DNA from: a virus
DNA: 64,000 nt
Direction: 5' to 3' (one strand)
Virus record (IMG/VR): IMGVR_UViG_3300044826_000112
The stretch's first letter is position 1. Each line of letters opens with the position of its first letter. Positions 39,605-48,122 of the stretch are shown one piece after another. The position numbers and the translations under genes were made by a program. A model generated the notes under the pieces. That model had not been told where the DNA came from. It did not search any database and was given only the letters and a program-made list of their open reading frames with translations.

Positions 39605-39705
39605 TTTCTTTTAGTTTCCGCACATGTTCCTGGTATAAGTACTTCGAGAAGGAAACAGCTTCGTTATAGCTGTTATCCCCCATTCTACCTACGAAGGAGT
39701 GTGCC

Positions 39706-41139
39706 ATGAAAACCAAACTGATACTCGCAACCATCCTGTCCATGGGCCTGACCGCATGTGGCGGTGGCGGCGGAAGCGACAACTCTACCCCAACCCCCAA
39801 GTCTGCCATCCAGGGCAAAGCCATTGATGGTTACATCAAAGGTGCCACTGTGTACCTGGACCTGAACTTCAACAAACAGCTCGACGCCGGCGAACCTAGC
39901 GTGATCACCACTGATCTTGGCGACTACCGCATGGAGCTCACCCAGGCACAAGAGCAGTGTGCCGAGTACGTACCTCTCGTGGTAGATGTACCGGTCGGTG
40001 CAGTAGACCTCGACACTGGTGTGGTCGAGCAAGCCTACCAGATGGTTCTGCCGCCGAAGTTCACTCCGATCTCCGACGATGACCTCCTGCACGTCACCCC
40101 TCTGACCACTGTACTGTGGAGCTATGTGGAAAAGCAGCTGTCCAACGACGGCTCCCTGACCTGCCAATCTGTAATGGCCAACCAGCAGACCCGGGAGAAG
40201 ATCGCATTCGAACTGCGTGAGTCTACCAACCGTGTGGTCAAGCACTACAACATCTCTGAGCAGAAGCTGTATGACGACTACATCGCCTCTGGTGACGCTG
40301 AAACCGCCACTCTGGCCATGGAGATCGTTCGTGGTCTGCAGGCTTCCTTCAAGGAAACCGATGAGCTGAAAAAGGCTAACCCGACTGCGTTCTATGCGTA
40401 CGTCGAGTACCATATCGGTGACATCCGGGATAACGATGGTGCCTACACAGATGCCTGGTACAAGGAGCAGGGTGTCTACTGGGATGACCGTGCTATCACC
40501 AAGCTGGACAAGGTCTCTGCAGACTTCACCCAGGTAGTGCGTCCGCTGATCTATAGCGAGCGTCTCTTCCGCAAGACCGGTGACTACAAGTACGTCAACG
40601 AGTACGTCCTTGAGTCCCGCAATGGGGATGACACTCCGTACAGCTGTGGCGTTCGTGAGTCTATCGAGCACGTCGTTGCCAACAAGGCTTACGAGATCTC
40701 CAACCTGGTGGCCTTCCAGGCCGACACCTTCGAGGAGTGTGTAATCGATAACTTGGGTGAAGCAGTAACCCAACGTATGGCATCCGTGACCGACACTGTA
40801 GATGGCGTCAAGAGCATTGCTGAGTTTCAATACGATCGTCAGGCCGGGTCCTTCCCGTTTCTGAATGATTGGATTGATATGGGTAACAGCCTGGCTTCCT
40901 TCAACATGTCTGATCTGGCCACTGCCCTGGAACAGCTGCCGTATGGCTTCGAGGATAACACCGTTGAGCCTAACGCTTCCCACTGGTCCAAGACTCAGGA
41001 GTCTACCGACGCAGCAGGCGTAACCACCCGTATTCAGTTCACTGATCTGAATGCATACACCAAAACCGTAACTCAAGCTGATGGTACCTACGTTGTCCAG
41101 TGTGGCACCGACGGCATCACTTGGGGTACTTGCAACTAA
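39706..41139 (+). CDS. Large surface lipoprotein (bacterial-like)
   Basis: LTA-C lipobox, GGGGGS linker, GKAIDGYIKGATVYLDLN.N..LD.GEP, HVTPLTT. Confidence 0.75.
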   Translation: MKTKLILATILSMGLTACGGGGGSDNSTPTPKSAIQGKAIDGYIKGATVYLDLNFNKQLDAGEPSVITTDLGDYRMELTQAQEQCAEYVPLVVDVPVGAVDLDTGVVEQAYQMVLPPKFTPISDDDLLHVTPLTTVLWSYVEKQLSNDGSLTCQSVMANQQTREKIAFELRESTNRVVKHYNISEQKLYDDYIASGDAETATLAMEIVRGLQASFKETDELKKANPTAFYAYVEYHIGDIRDNDGAYTDAWYKEQGVYWDDRAITKLDKVSADFTQVVRPLIYSERLFRKTGDYKYVNEYVLESRNGDDTPYSCGVRESIEHVVANKAYEISNLVAFQADTFEECVIDNLGEAVTQRMASVTDTVDGVKSIAEFQYDRQAGSFPFLNDWIDMGNSLASFNMSDLATALEQLPYGFEDNTVEPNASHWSKTQESTDAAGVTTRIQFTDLNAYTKTVTQADGTYVVQCGTDGITWGTCN

Positions 41140-41229
41140 TAGCAGGGGCCTTCGGGCCCCGTTCCACCTACTACAAGGCTCATTTCTGGTATAAGTAATA
41201 TGGGAACATGAGCTAAGGAGGATTACGTA

Positions 41230-41619
41230 ATGGCTACAGTAAACCCAGAGGTGGTTACGGGTGCCCTCCTCAAAGAACTAATAAAGAAGAGTAACGTCAG
41301 CATTACCCGGATGGCTGGCAAGTTAGACAAAACCCGTAGCAGCCTTCTGGCTGCCCTTAAGTGCAGTAACTCAAAACCCTCTGATGACGAGGTTACTGCC
41401 ATACTCAACATAATCGGAGTAACCAGAGAGGAGTTCGAGTTTCAGAAGAAGCTCATCCTCGATGGCCTTGAGAACCAGTTCGGTATCAAGGCTCAATTCA
41501 GCGGATCACTGGCAGACGGTGATCAGCGTCGTAAAGTGCGTGGCCTAGTGCAACACCTGTATGTAAACCGGAGCATAGGATATAGACCACAAGCTCTGAA
41601 TTACAGGCCTGTGTGCTAG
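41230..41619 (+). CDS. Putative XRE/HTH DNA-binding protein
   Basis: LKELIKKSNVSITRMAGKLDKTRSSL...PS. Confidence 0.55.
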   Translation: MATVNPEVVTGALLKELIKKSNVSITRMAGKLDKTRSSLLAALKCSNSKPSDDEVTAILNIIGVTREEFEFQKKLILDGLENQFGIKAQFSGSLADGDQRRKVRGLVQHLYVNRSIGYRPQALNYRPVC

Positions 41620-41712
41620 AGAAAATAGAGGGGCAAACATTGCCTCTCTTTTTTAGTTGACAGCAAGCCAATCTTTGAGCATAGTGTCTCCTGAAACCTT
41701 TAGGAGATCATT

Positions 41713-42588
41713 ATGATCGCGAAAATCACCTCTACCCCGGATTACCGTCCTGACCTGCGTGGCTGTATGGATCTGCGGGATTTCTTCGAGCAAAACACCA
41801 TGACTGGTCGTTTCCGTGACTGGATCCGCCGTCGTGTAGTTCCGGCTTTCGAGCATACCGCTGGTGTTCTCTACCAGTACAACAAGTATGATGGCTGCCC
41901 GGAAGAACTGGCTGGCTCCGTACGTGAACTGAACTACTACGTTCGCCCAGAGGGCATCCCGACCGTAGTCACCCTGGCTGGTCTGGATATGCCTGCTGCT
42001 GCAGCACCTGTTGAAGCTCCCGGCCAACCTGAGGCCGCTGGTGGCGTCAGTGGTGAGAGCATGCTGTCTCTTATCCTGGCTGCTAACAAAGAGCTGGCTG
42101 AGCGGATGGCGTCTCTGGAATCCCTTCTGGTTACGAAGGGAGACCGCAACATCTCTGAGAATGCCCCCGGTCTGCCGGCTCGCAAAGCTGAAGTAGTCGA
42201 CACTGGTAACTCATTCGAGTTCCTGCTGAAGACTCACGGTTTCTCGAACAACCACATGTACGAGTACCGTCGTAATGGCGTGAAGCGTAGCAAGCTGTAC
42301 AACATCTGGCGTGCTACCGTGGACAAGACCTTCCCGAAGAAGCCTGCGTGGCTCGACGTCACCAAGCCGTTCGAAGTGCATCTGCAGTTCGGCTACCTGG
42401 AAGGGTTCGACGTTCACAACTTCGTGAAGAGCTCGATCGATGCGTTGGCCACCGTCTGGGGCTTCAACGACAAGATCGTTCAGAAGGTCTCAGTGGAGGG
42501 TGCTTACGTAGCACCGACAGCGGCACTAGATGCTAGCTTCCATCTGAAATCGAAGAACGCCTTCATCAGATACGTAATCAAGCAGTAA
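41713..42588 (+). CDS. AntA-like DNA-binding domain fused to a RusA-like nuclease domain
   Basis: DLRDFF...FRDWIRRRV; DVHNFVKSSIDAL....FND. Confidence 0.5.
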   Translation: MIAKITSTPDYRPDLRGCMDLRDFFEQNTMTGRFRDWIRRRVVPAFEHTAGVLYQYNKYDGCPEELAGSVRELNYYVRPEGIPTVVTLAGLDMPAAAAPVEAPGQPEAAGGVSGESMLSLILAANKELAERMASLESLLVTKGDRNISENAPGLPARKAEVVDTGNSFEFLLKTHGFSNNHMYEYRRNGVKRSKLYNIWRATVDKTFPKKPAWLDVTKPFEVHLQFGYLEGFDVHNFVKSSIDALATVWGFNDKIVQKVSVEGAYVAPTAALDASFHLKSKNAFIRYVIKQ

Positions 42589-42674
42589 GCCAAAAGGCCC
42601 TCCTCGGAGGGCCTTCTTCATGGTATAAGTACTTCGTGGTGAGTGGGTGACGTGGAGGTTGGAGGAAAAACTTA

Positions 42675-43052
42675 ATGAGCGTCTTTGAATACCTGCAGAA
42701 ATACTATGAGTACCGCTGGAGCTCTCCCGAGTTCAAGTATGAAATCACTTTGATCCTGGGGTTGGTCTTCTTGAATAGTGCTATCTTGGCATTGATCATG
42801 AAGGTCAGACGGAATCTATCTGACGCCCCTATAGTCTTCGTTCCTATCATGCTGATCTTCATCTTCCTGTCTATGCCTATGGGCTTCGATATGTTCGTCG
42901 GCGTGCTGGCTATCTGTGCATCGTTCGTCTCGATCACCGTATATGAGGCTCAGATGGCGGCAATTAGACGTATCGAAGAGGAGATGTTTATCCATGATCT
43001 AAAGGAAATCAGCTTAATGATGTGGAAAAAGCCTCTCTGGAGGTGTGATTAA
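42675..43052 (+). CDS. Membrane protein
   Basis: Three hydrophobic helices; own promoter. Confidence 0.6.
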   Translation: MSVFEYLQKYYEYRWSSPEFKYEITLILGLVFLNSAILALIMKVRRNLSDAPIVFVPIMLIFIFLSMPMGFDMFVGVLAICASFVSITVYEAQMAAIRRIEEEMFIHDLKEISLMMWKKPLWRCD

Positions 43053-43064
43053 AGAAAAGGGGTG

Positions 43065-43092
43065 TTGACACCCTTTTTTAGTATGCTATAGT
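43065..43092 (+). promoter_or_regulatory. sigma70 promoter of the tRNA/ncRNA operon
   Basis: TTGACA...TG-C-TATAGT. Confidence 0.65.
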
Positions 43093-43100
43093 GGCATCCT

Positions 43101-43275
43101 AGTTTCTCAAGTGGGTGGGCATATGATCCTCATCATGGATGTACAATACGGTGAAACGAATTGTGCGGCCGGATTACTGCAATAGGGATTGACAACCCTA
43201 CTGAGATTGTGAGAAGCTTGCCTGGTAAACATCGGAAACCCGATTGGGTTGTCGCTGTTGATCAGTTAGCACGAA
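43101..43275 (+). ncRNA. Candidate structured leader RNA
   Basis: AGTTTCTCA/TGAGAAGCT closing stem with internal hairpins; no ORF. Confidence 0.4.
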
Positions 43276-43277
43276 AC

Positions 43278-43354
43278 GGAGCTGTAGTTTAGATGGTGAA
43301 AATGCCTGCCTGTCACGCAGGAGACCGCGGGTTCGAGCCCCGTCAGTTCCGCCA
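43278..43354 (+). tRNA. tRNA-Asp(GTC)
   Basis: Cloverleaf, CCA end. Confidence 0.93.
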
Positions 43355-43782
43355 AAATCTTAAGATCAGTACCCAATCTCCCGCCAGCTAACGGGAGATT
43401 AGGATGACCGAGAAACCCTTCGTTGCGGGGTAAGGTTTTACAGTGGCACAGCCAAGCCTTCCTGTCTCTAATCCTGAGATGGTAAGAATCCCTGAGGTAG
43501 GGGACTGTAAGATCCTAGGACACTCATCATATTGGATGATACTGAGCACAAACTCGTTGAGGGTATGCAAATTCCCTCTCTGGCCTTCGGGTCAGGTGGC
43601 CGAATAAAAGCCTAGCATGGGCGTTAAGGCAATCTACTGGGGATGACCTCCCCTTGTCAGGCACCGTGAGGTGTGAGATCCGCCAGAGGGAATCTGGAGT
43701 AGAGATACGAGGTAGCAATACATGCACCTAGGTCGTCGGTAGCACAGGAATCCGACTCCTTTGGGTGCTGATCTTAAGGTTT
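43355..43782 (+). ncRNA. Large (~430 nt) structured ncRNA of unrecognised family
   Basis: 22-bp terminal stem (2 G.U pairs), many internal hairpins, located between two tRNAs, no sense ORF. Confidence 0.75.
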
Positions 43783-43794
43783 TGAAAGTTTCAT

Positions 43795-43871
43795 CTGTCC
43801 GTAGCGCAGTCTGGTAGCGTGCTCGATTTGGATTCGAGGGGTCGAAGGTTCAAATCCTTCCGGGCAGACCA
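43795..43871 (+). tRNA. tRNA-Pro(TGG)
   Basis: Cloverleaf, CCA. Confidence 0.92.
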
Positions 43872-43878
43872 ATTTAAT

Positions 43879-44070
43879 GTCCCATATGCACGGCTAGTCT
43901 CAAATGCTCTTCCATCCACGTGGGTTGAGTCAGTAATGGTAAAAGGCGAGATAGGCTTGGAGTGCAGGTGAAAGGCAGAAGGGCCTACTAGTAAGCTAGA
44001 CTACGTGGATTAGCTGAAGACAGGAAGATACGTTGAGTAGTCAAAGGTTCGACTCCTAAGTGGGACGCCA
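43879..44070 (+). ncRNA. 192-nt tRNA-like RNA
   Basis: GTCCCAT/GTGGGAC acceptor + G-CCA; AGG-TTCGACT-CCT T-loop; large internal domain. Confidence 0.7.
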
Positions 44071-44077
44071 ATTTGAT

Positions 44078-44153
44078 CGATGTGTAGCTTAACAGGTAGA
44101 GCATCTCCTTCATACGGAGCAGGTTGTAGGTTCAAGTCCTACCTCATCGACCA
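44078..44153 (+). tRNA. tRNA-Met(CAT) (elongator Met or Ile2 not resolved)
   Basis: Cloverleaf, CCA. Confidence 0.85.
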
Positions 44154-44160
44154 GAACAGT

Positions 44161-44237
44161 TGGGATATCGCCTAGTTGGCCTAAGGCATCGGACTTTGAC
44201 TCCGATATCGTTGGTTCGAATCCAACTATCCCTGCCA
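44161..44237 (+). tRNA. tRNA-Gln(TTG)
   Basis: Cloverleaf, CCA. Confidence 0.92.
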
Positions 44238-44244
44238 GATTACT

Positions 44245-44320
44245 GGGGAAATAGCACAATTGGCAGTGCACCTGCTTTGCAAGCAGACGGTTGTGGGTTC
44301 GAATCCCATTTTCTCCACCA
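44245..44320 (+). tRNA. tRNA-Ala(TGC)
   Basis: Cloverleaf, G3.U70, CCA. Confidence 0.92.
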
Positions 44321-44326
44321 AACAAT

Positions 44327-44409
44327 GCGGATGTGATGGAATGGCAGACATGCTACGCTTAGAACGTAGTGCCTAGTGCGTGTGAGTTCGAGTCTCACCA
44401 TCCGTACCA
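44327..44409 (+). tRNA. tRNA-Leu(TAG)
   Basis: Cloverleaf with variable arm, CCA. Confidence 0.92.
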
Positions 44410-44542
44410 CATTTGGTCCCGGGAGGGATAGCCCCGATAGGCGAAGACGAGAGGACGGATCCTCTTGCACCAAACCAATCCTTAAGGCCTCCTTTGGTAT
44501 AAGTCTTGTAGAGAAGACTTATGGCTTAGGAGGCCTTGTCGT

Positions 44543-44959
44543 ATGTGCTATTCCAAAGAACTCATTGAGTACTGGAGTCAACATCTCGAGGCCTACTTCT
44601 TCAACGAAGAGGACTTGGTAGTCTATCAGGTAATCGAAGGGTTGGAGTCAGCCTTCCTATCAGAGGTCACGGTACTCGGCTACTTGTTGCCAAGGTTGAT
44701 GATGTTGAATGCCGACCAGAGCGACTATCAATCCATAGTCGTGGTCACCAGCGTAGCTTCGAGCCTAGCTATGTCGATCTTGATAGGCATGAATCCAGTA
44801 CAAGCACTATCCGATACTCTGACTGGAATGTCTCTGGCTATGCCGAGGGATTACTTAGATCAGGTAGTTGCAGATAACCAAGATATGATCAACCAATTGA
44901 CTCGCCGGTTGATTTCTATCCGTCAAAACAATCCCCTTATTCTTGGAGGTGACCAGTGA
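44543..44959 (+). CDS. Hypothetical protein
   Basis: GGTATAAG promoter, AGGAGG RBS. Confidence 0.6.
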   Translation: MCYSKELIEYWSQHLEAYFFNEEDLVVYQVIEGLESAFLSEVTVLGYLLPRLMMLNADQSDYQSIVVVTSVASSLAMSILIGMNPVQALSDTLTGMSLAMPRDYLDQVVADNQDMINQLTRRLISIRQNNPLILGGDQ

Positions 44960-45558
44960 TCCACCAAACTTACTCCCGTATTGCCGCCATCCTGGACAGC
45001 GACATGGAACAAGCCGATAAGCTCGGCAAGCTCTGCTCGATGTTCATGGTTCACGACCTCTCGGAGATCTCTCTCCCAGAGCCTACCTCTCAGCTCGAAG
45101 AGGACACTCAGCGTAAATTCAACATGTTCCTTGCAGATGTGGCTGTGGATACAGTCCGTACGGTGATCACCCCGCAAGTTGTAGAGGAACGGTTGGATTA
45201 CGCCTATACTGTAATCAGCTCGTATGTCCACGATCCACGTCTGTTCACTCCGCTTGTAATCCTCTGGGCGGCAGGACGGATGTCCCGCATGGGAATGGAG
45301 CCTGGACTATGCTTTACCCGCATCCTGGACGCTGTGTACAACAGCGAACGTAAGGACTGCCGGTATGATTTGAGATATACTTTCCGGGACAAAGATGTCC
45401 TTCGGGCTCTCGAGTCTGTGAAGACCGCAACGCTTGTCGACCCAGTCGTCAAGTTGGACTTCCTGCTGGGCCTGAAGCAGATTCTGACGTACCTGAAAGA
45501 TCGAGACCGGGACTTCCGTAAAGGACTGACCCTTAACCTAGTGGAGAAAATGCTATGA
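44956..45558 (+). CDS. Hypothetical protein
   Basis: GGAGG RBS, coupled. Confidence 0.65.
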   Translation: MIHQTYSRIAAILDSDMEQADKLGKLCSMFMVHDLSEISLPEPTSQLEEDTQRKFNMFLADVAVDTVRTVITPQVVEERLDYAYTVISSYVHDPRLFTPLVILWAAGRMSRMGMEPGLCFTRILDAVYNSERKDCRYDLRYTFRDKDVLRALESVKTATLVDPVVKLDFLLGLKQILTYLKDRDRDFRKGLTLNLVEKML

Positions 45559-46133
45559 CCTTAGATGATGCCGTAGAACTGATCAGTGAGAATCACCCCA
45601 CTGTTCTGATGAACCGGCTTCACGAGGCGGAACTTGCGGACGGCTTTCGGGCCGCCCGCGATTCCATCGACGTGAACGCTTTCCTTTACCAGCTGATCCT
45701 GCGTGCTACCGGCAATAAGGTAGACGACGAGGTCCTGCTGGCCAAGCAAGAGACCTTCATGAACTTTTACGTATTCACTAACCCTGTGGATACTGAAGGT
45801 ATGCCGACTGTGTACGACCTGAGCCAAGAGGCTGAACTGGTAGAGGGCGAGAAGTACAACTTCCTATGGCCTCAGTCAGTTAAGCTGATGCTGGCCCTGT
45901 CTACTCTGACCAAGCTGGAGTCTGTTGCAGAACATCTCCTGGCCTGGTCCGTAGAAGTAGGTGCAAGCTTCAGCCAGATGGTTACCATCCTGACTGACGA
46001 AAAGGTCCGGGAAGTGGTTGCCAAAGTGCTTCCGGAAGACAAGCATGACTGGATCCTCAAAGCTGTAGTAGAGGAAACCGCCGGCAGCAAGAAGAAAATC
46101 ACTGCTGCGAAAAAAGCTATTGGTGTAGCTTGA
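45555..46133 (+). CDS. Hypothetical protein
   Basis: GGAG RBS, coupled. Confidence 0.65.
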   Translation: MTLDDAVELISENHPTVLMNRLHEAELADGFRAARDSIDVNAFLYQLILRATGNKVDDEVLLAKQETFMNFYVFTNPVDTEGMPTVYDLSQEAELVEGEKYNFLWPQSVKLMLALSTLTKLESVAEHLLAWSVEVGASFSQMVTILTDEKVREVVAKVLPEDKHDWILKAVVEETAGSKKKITAAKKAIGVA

Positions 46134-46171
46134 CAGAAGGGACTGCAGGAGCTATCCTGCAGTCTCATAGT

Positions 46172-46246
<75 letters not shown>

Positions 46247-46252
46247 AATTGA

Positions 46253-46327
46253 CGCGGGTGGGAGGTAAGGTATCTTACTGTCCTCATAAGGCAGAACAAG
46301 CAGGTTCGATTCCTGCACCCGCTACCA
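46253..46327 (+). tRNA. tRNA-Met(CAT), initiator-like
   Basis: C1 unpaired, A11-U24; lacks the three-G-C anticodon stem. Confidence 0.8.
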
Positions 46328-46332
46328 GTTCT

Positions 46333-46416
46333 GGATGCATAGGCAAACGGTTAAGCCAGCGGTCTGTAAAACCGTAGCCCTCGGGCTTCTTGGTTCAAAT
46401 CCAAGTGTATCCACCA
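46333..46416 (+). tRNA. tRNA-Tyr(GTA)
   Basis: Cloverleaf, variable arm, CCA. Confidence 0.92.
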
Positions 46417-46420
46417 AATT

Positions 46421-46498
46421 GGGTTCTTAGCTTAAGATGGTCTGAAGCGGTGGACTGAAAATCCACAGAACTCGGTTCGAGTCCGAGAGAACCCACCA
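46421..46498 (+). tRNA. tRNA-Phe(GAA)
   Basis: Cloverleaf, CCA. Confidence 0.92.
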
Positions 46499-46499
46499 T

Positions 46500-46577
46500 G
46501 TGTACGTAGCTCAGATGGTCCAGAGCTCCCGGATGTGACCCGGAAGGTCGTGAGTTCAAATCTCACCGTACACCCCA
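46500..46577 (+). tRNA. tRNA-His(GTG)
   Basis: Cloverleaf, C73, CCA; -1 base is T. Confidence 0.9.
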
Positions 46578-46583
46578 AATGAC

Positions 46584-46660
46584 AGGAGATTAACTCAGCT
46601 GGTCAGAGTGCTTTCCTTACAAGAAAGAAGTCGTCGGTTCGATCCCGACATCTCCTACCA
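46584..46660 (+). tRNA. tRNA-Val(TAC)
   Basis: Cloverleaf, CCA. Confidence 0.92.
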
Positions 46661-46737
46661 ATCCCCTCCCCACCCGCCCACAACCCGAAATTAGATCGGG
46701 ACCTGTCGGCGGGTTTTTTCATTTAGGAGTTTTGAAA

Positions 46738-47226
46738 ATGATCCAACATACCCGCGGTAATGCAATCTCTCTGTTCCTCAAGGATAACGACCCCTGTGCC
46801 TTTGCCCATGGGGCTAACTGTCTGTGCCGTATGGAGCGGCAAACTGGTATCGCATATGAAGTGAAGATGCGACTGCCAGATCTGTGGGAAGCCGATCAGG
46901 CTACTGAACCTGGTGACCGTAACAAGCTCGGCACTGCATCCTTCAAGATGTGGGAAGGTTACGATGGAGTTGTCGATCATATAGCCTACAACCTATACAC
47001 GCAGTACTCCAACTTGGACGAGTCCGACATGTTCGACTACGACGCCCTTCGCTTGTGCTTCCAGCGTCTGCAGGATCACATGCTTCGGTTTGACATCCCC
47101 AAGGTGTACATCCCGAAGATTGGAGCCGGCCTCGCTAAGGGTGATTGGTCTAAAATCCTTACGATAATCGAAGAAGAGACTCCCGACATCACTGTCGTTG
47201 TAGTCGAATATGACCCGGGGGCATGA
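46738..47226 (+). CDS. Macrodomain (ADP-ribose binding/hydrolase) protein
   Basis: AHGANC...GIA, NLYTQY, DYDALR, IPKIGAGLAKGDW. Confidence 0.85.
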   Translation: MIQHTRGNAISLFLKDNDPCAFAHGANCLCRMERQTGIAYEVKMRLPDLWEADQATEPGDRNKLGTASFKMWEGYDGVVDHIAYNLYTQYSNLDESDMFDYDALRLCFQRLQDHMLRFDIPKVYIPKIGAGLAKGDWSKILTIIEEETPDITVVVVEYDPGA

Positions 47227-47248
47227 CCCCCATTTTTTAGGTGGCTCT

Positions 47249-48097
47249 ATGAAGAAACAATCATCCGTCCTAGCAGTTGCAGCTGGGGCACACATTGCCC
47301 AGAACGTACTGGGCTCCCGACTGGTTAAGTCAGTCGGGTTCAAACAGAATACGGCGAAGAGTTTCCTGTCAGGTGCTACAGCCCGCGTAGGACGCTCTGG
47401 GACGCTCGCAGAGACCGCCAAATCGATGGGCTATGGCGTAGCAGCCCCAGAGGCTGTGATCGCTCAGAATCGTGCCTACGAGGCTGGACAGAAGGTCTAC
47501 CGGAAGCTCCGTACCAACGGGGTGGATGTGAACAAGATGTCCAAACGTGATCTGGCTCTGGCACGTATGGAGCTTCGTGGTAAGCACTCCACTGTGGACT
47601 ACCATCTGAAGAAGAAAGGTGTAAACAACCCGTTGATCAACACGCTTCGCTCCCAGGTAAGTCCAGGTATTCGCCAGAACATTACCAGAGAGAACACGCA
47701 CTCCAGCCATCTCAAGGAAGTACTGAACAAACCTATGGGTAACAAGCTGCCTCACAGTGGTAAAGCAGTAGCGACAGCCAACGTAGCTGCAGCTGCAGTT
47801 GAGCCGGTAGCAGGAGCCTTTAACGGTGCCAAGTACGCCCTTGAGTCTAAAGCTGTTGCCAAGACGCGGTTCGGTAAGTGGGCTGACAAGAAGTTCGTAT
47901 CTGATCCTCTGAAGAACGCCTACGAGCAAGGGAGGAAGGGTATCGAGCGTAATCCGATTAAGGATGCAGCCCACAAGTATCTGGTTAACGGAGCGGTAGG
48001 TGAAGGCATCCAGGGTGCCCACAAGGCCGGCTTGCAGGCTCGAAGTGATGCTCTTGCAGCTTCTGCACGCCAACTCAAGGCACCGAAGAAGGTATAA
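47249..48097 (+). CDS. Highly basic hypothetical protein (possible virion-internal protein)
   Basis: K/R/A/G-rich, acid-poor; composition like 50743-52811. Confidence 0.6.
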   Translation: MKKQSSVLAVAAGAHIAQNVLGSRLVKSVGFKQNTAKSFLSGATARVGRSGTLAETAKSMGYGVAAPEAVIAQNRAYEAGQKVYRKLRTNGVDVNKMSKRDLALARMELRGKHSTVDYHLKKKGVNNPLINTLRSQVSPGIRQNITRENTHSSHLKEVLNKPMGNKLPHSGKAVATANVAAAAVEPVAGAFNGAKYALESKAVAKTRFGKWADKKFVSDPLKNAYEQGRKGIERNPIKDAAHKYLVNGAVGEGIQGAHKAGLQARSDALAASARQLKAPKKV

Positions 48098-48122
48098 GTA
48101 CCACAGTAAGGGAGGCAACACT

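Noticed and set aside
5335-41076. Long minus-strand ORFs (e.g. 6742-8145, 18189-19589, 39685-41076)
   Set aside because: Mirror frames of well-supported plus-strand genes, produced by codon bias
43355-44070. RNase P RNA, tmRNA or retron msr-msd identity for the long RNAs
   Set aside because: No GAGGAAAGUCC/P4 motif, no G3.U70 alanine acceptor, and no reverse transcriptase in the window; an Rfam search is still needed
44415-44472. Possible degenerate tRNA ending in GCACCA
   Set aside because: No convincing acceptor stem or TTC T-loop; only two small hairpins
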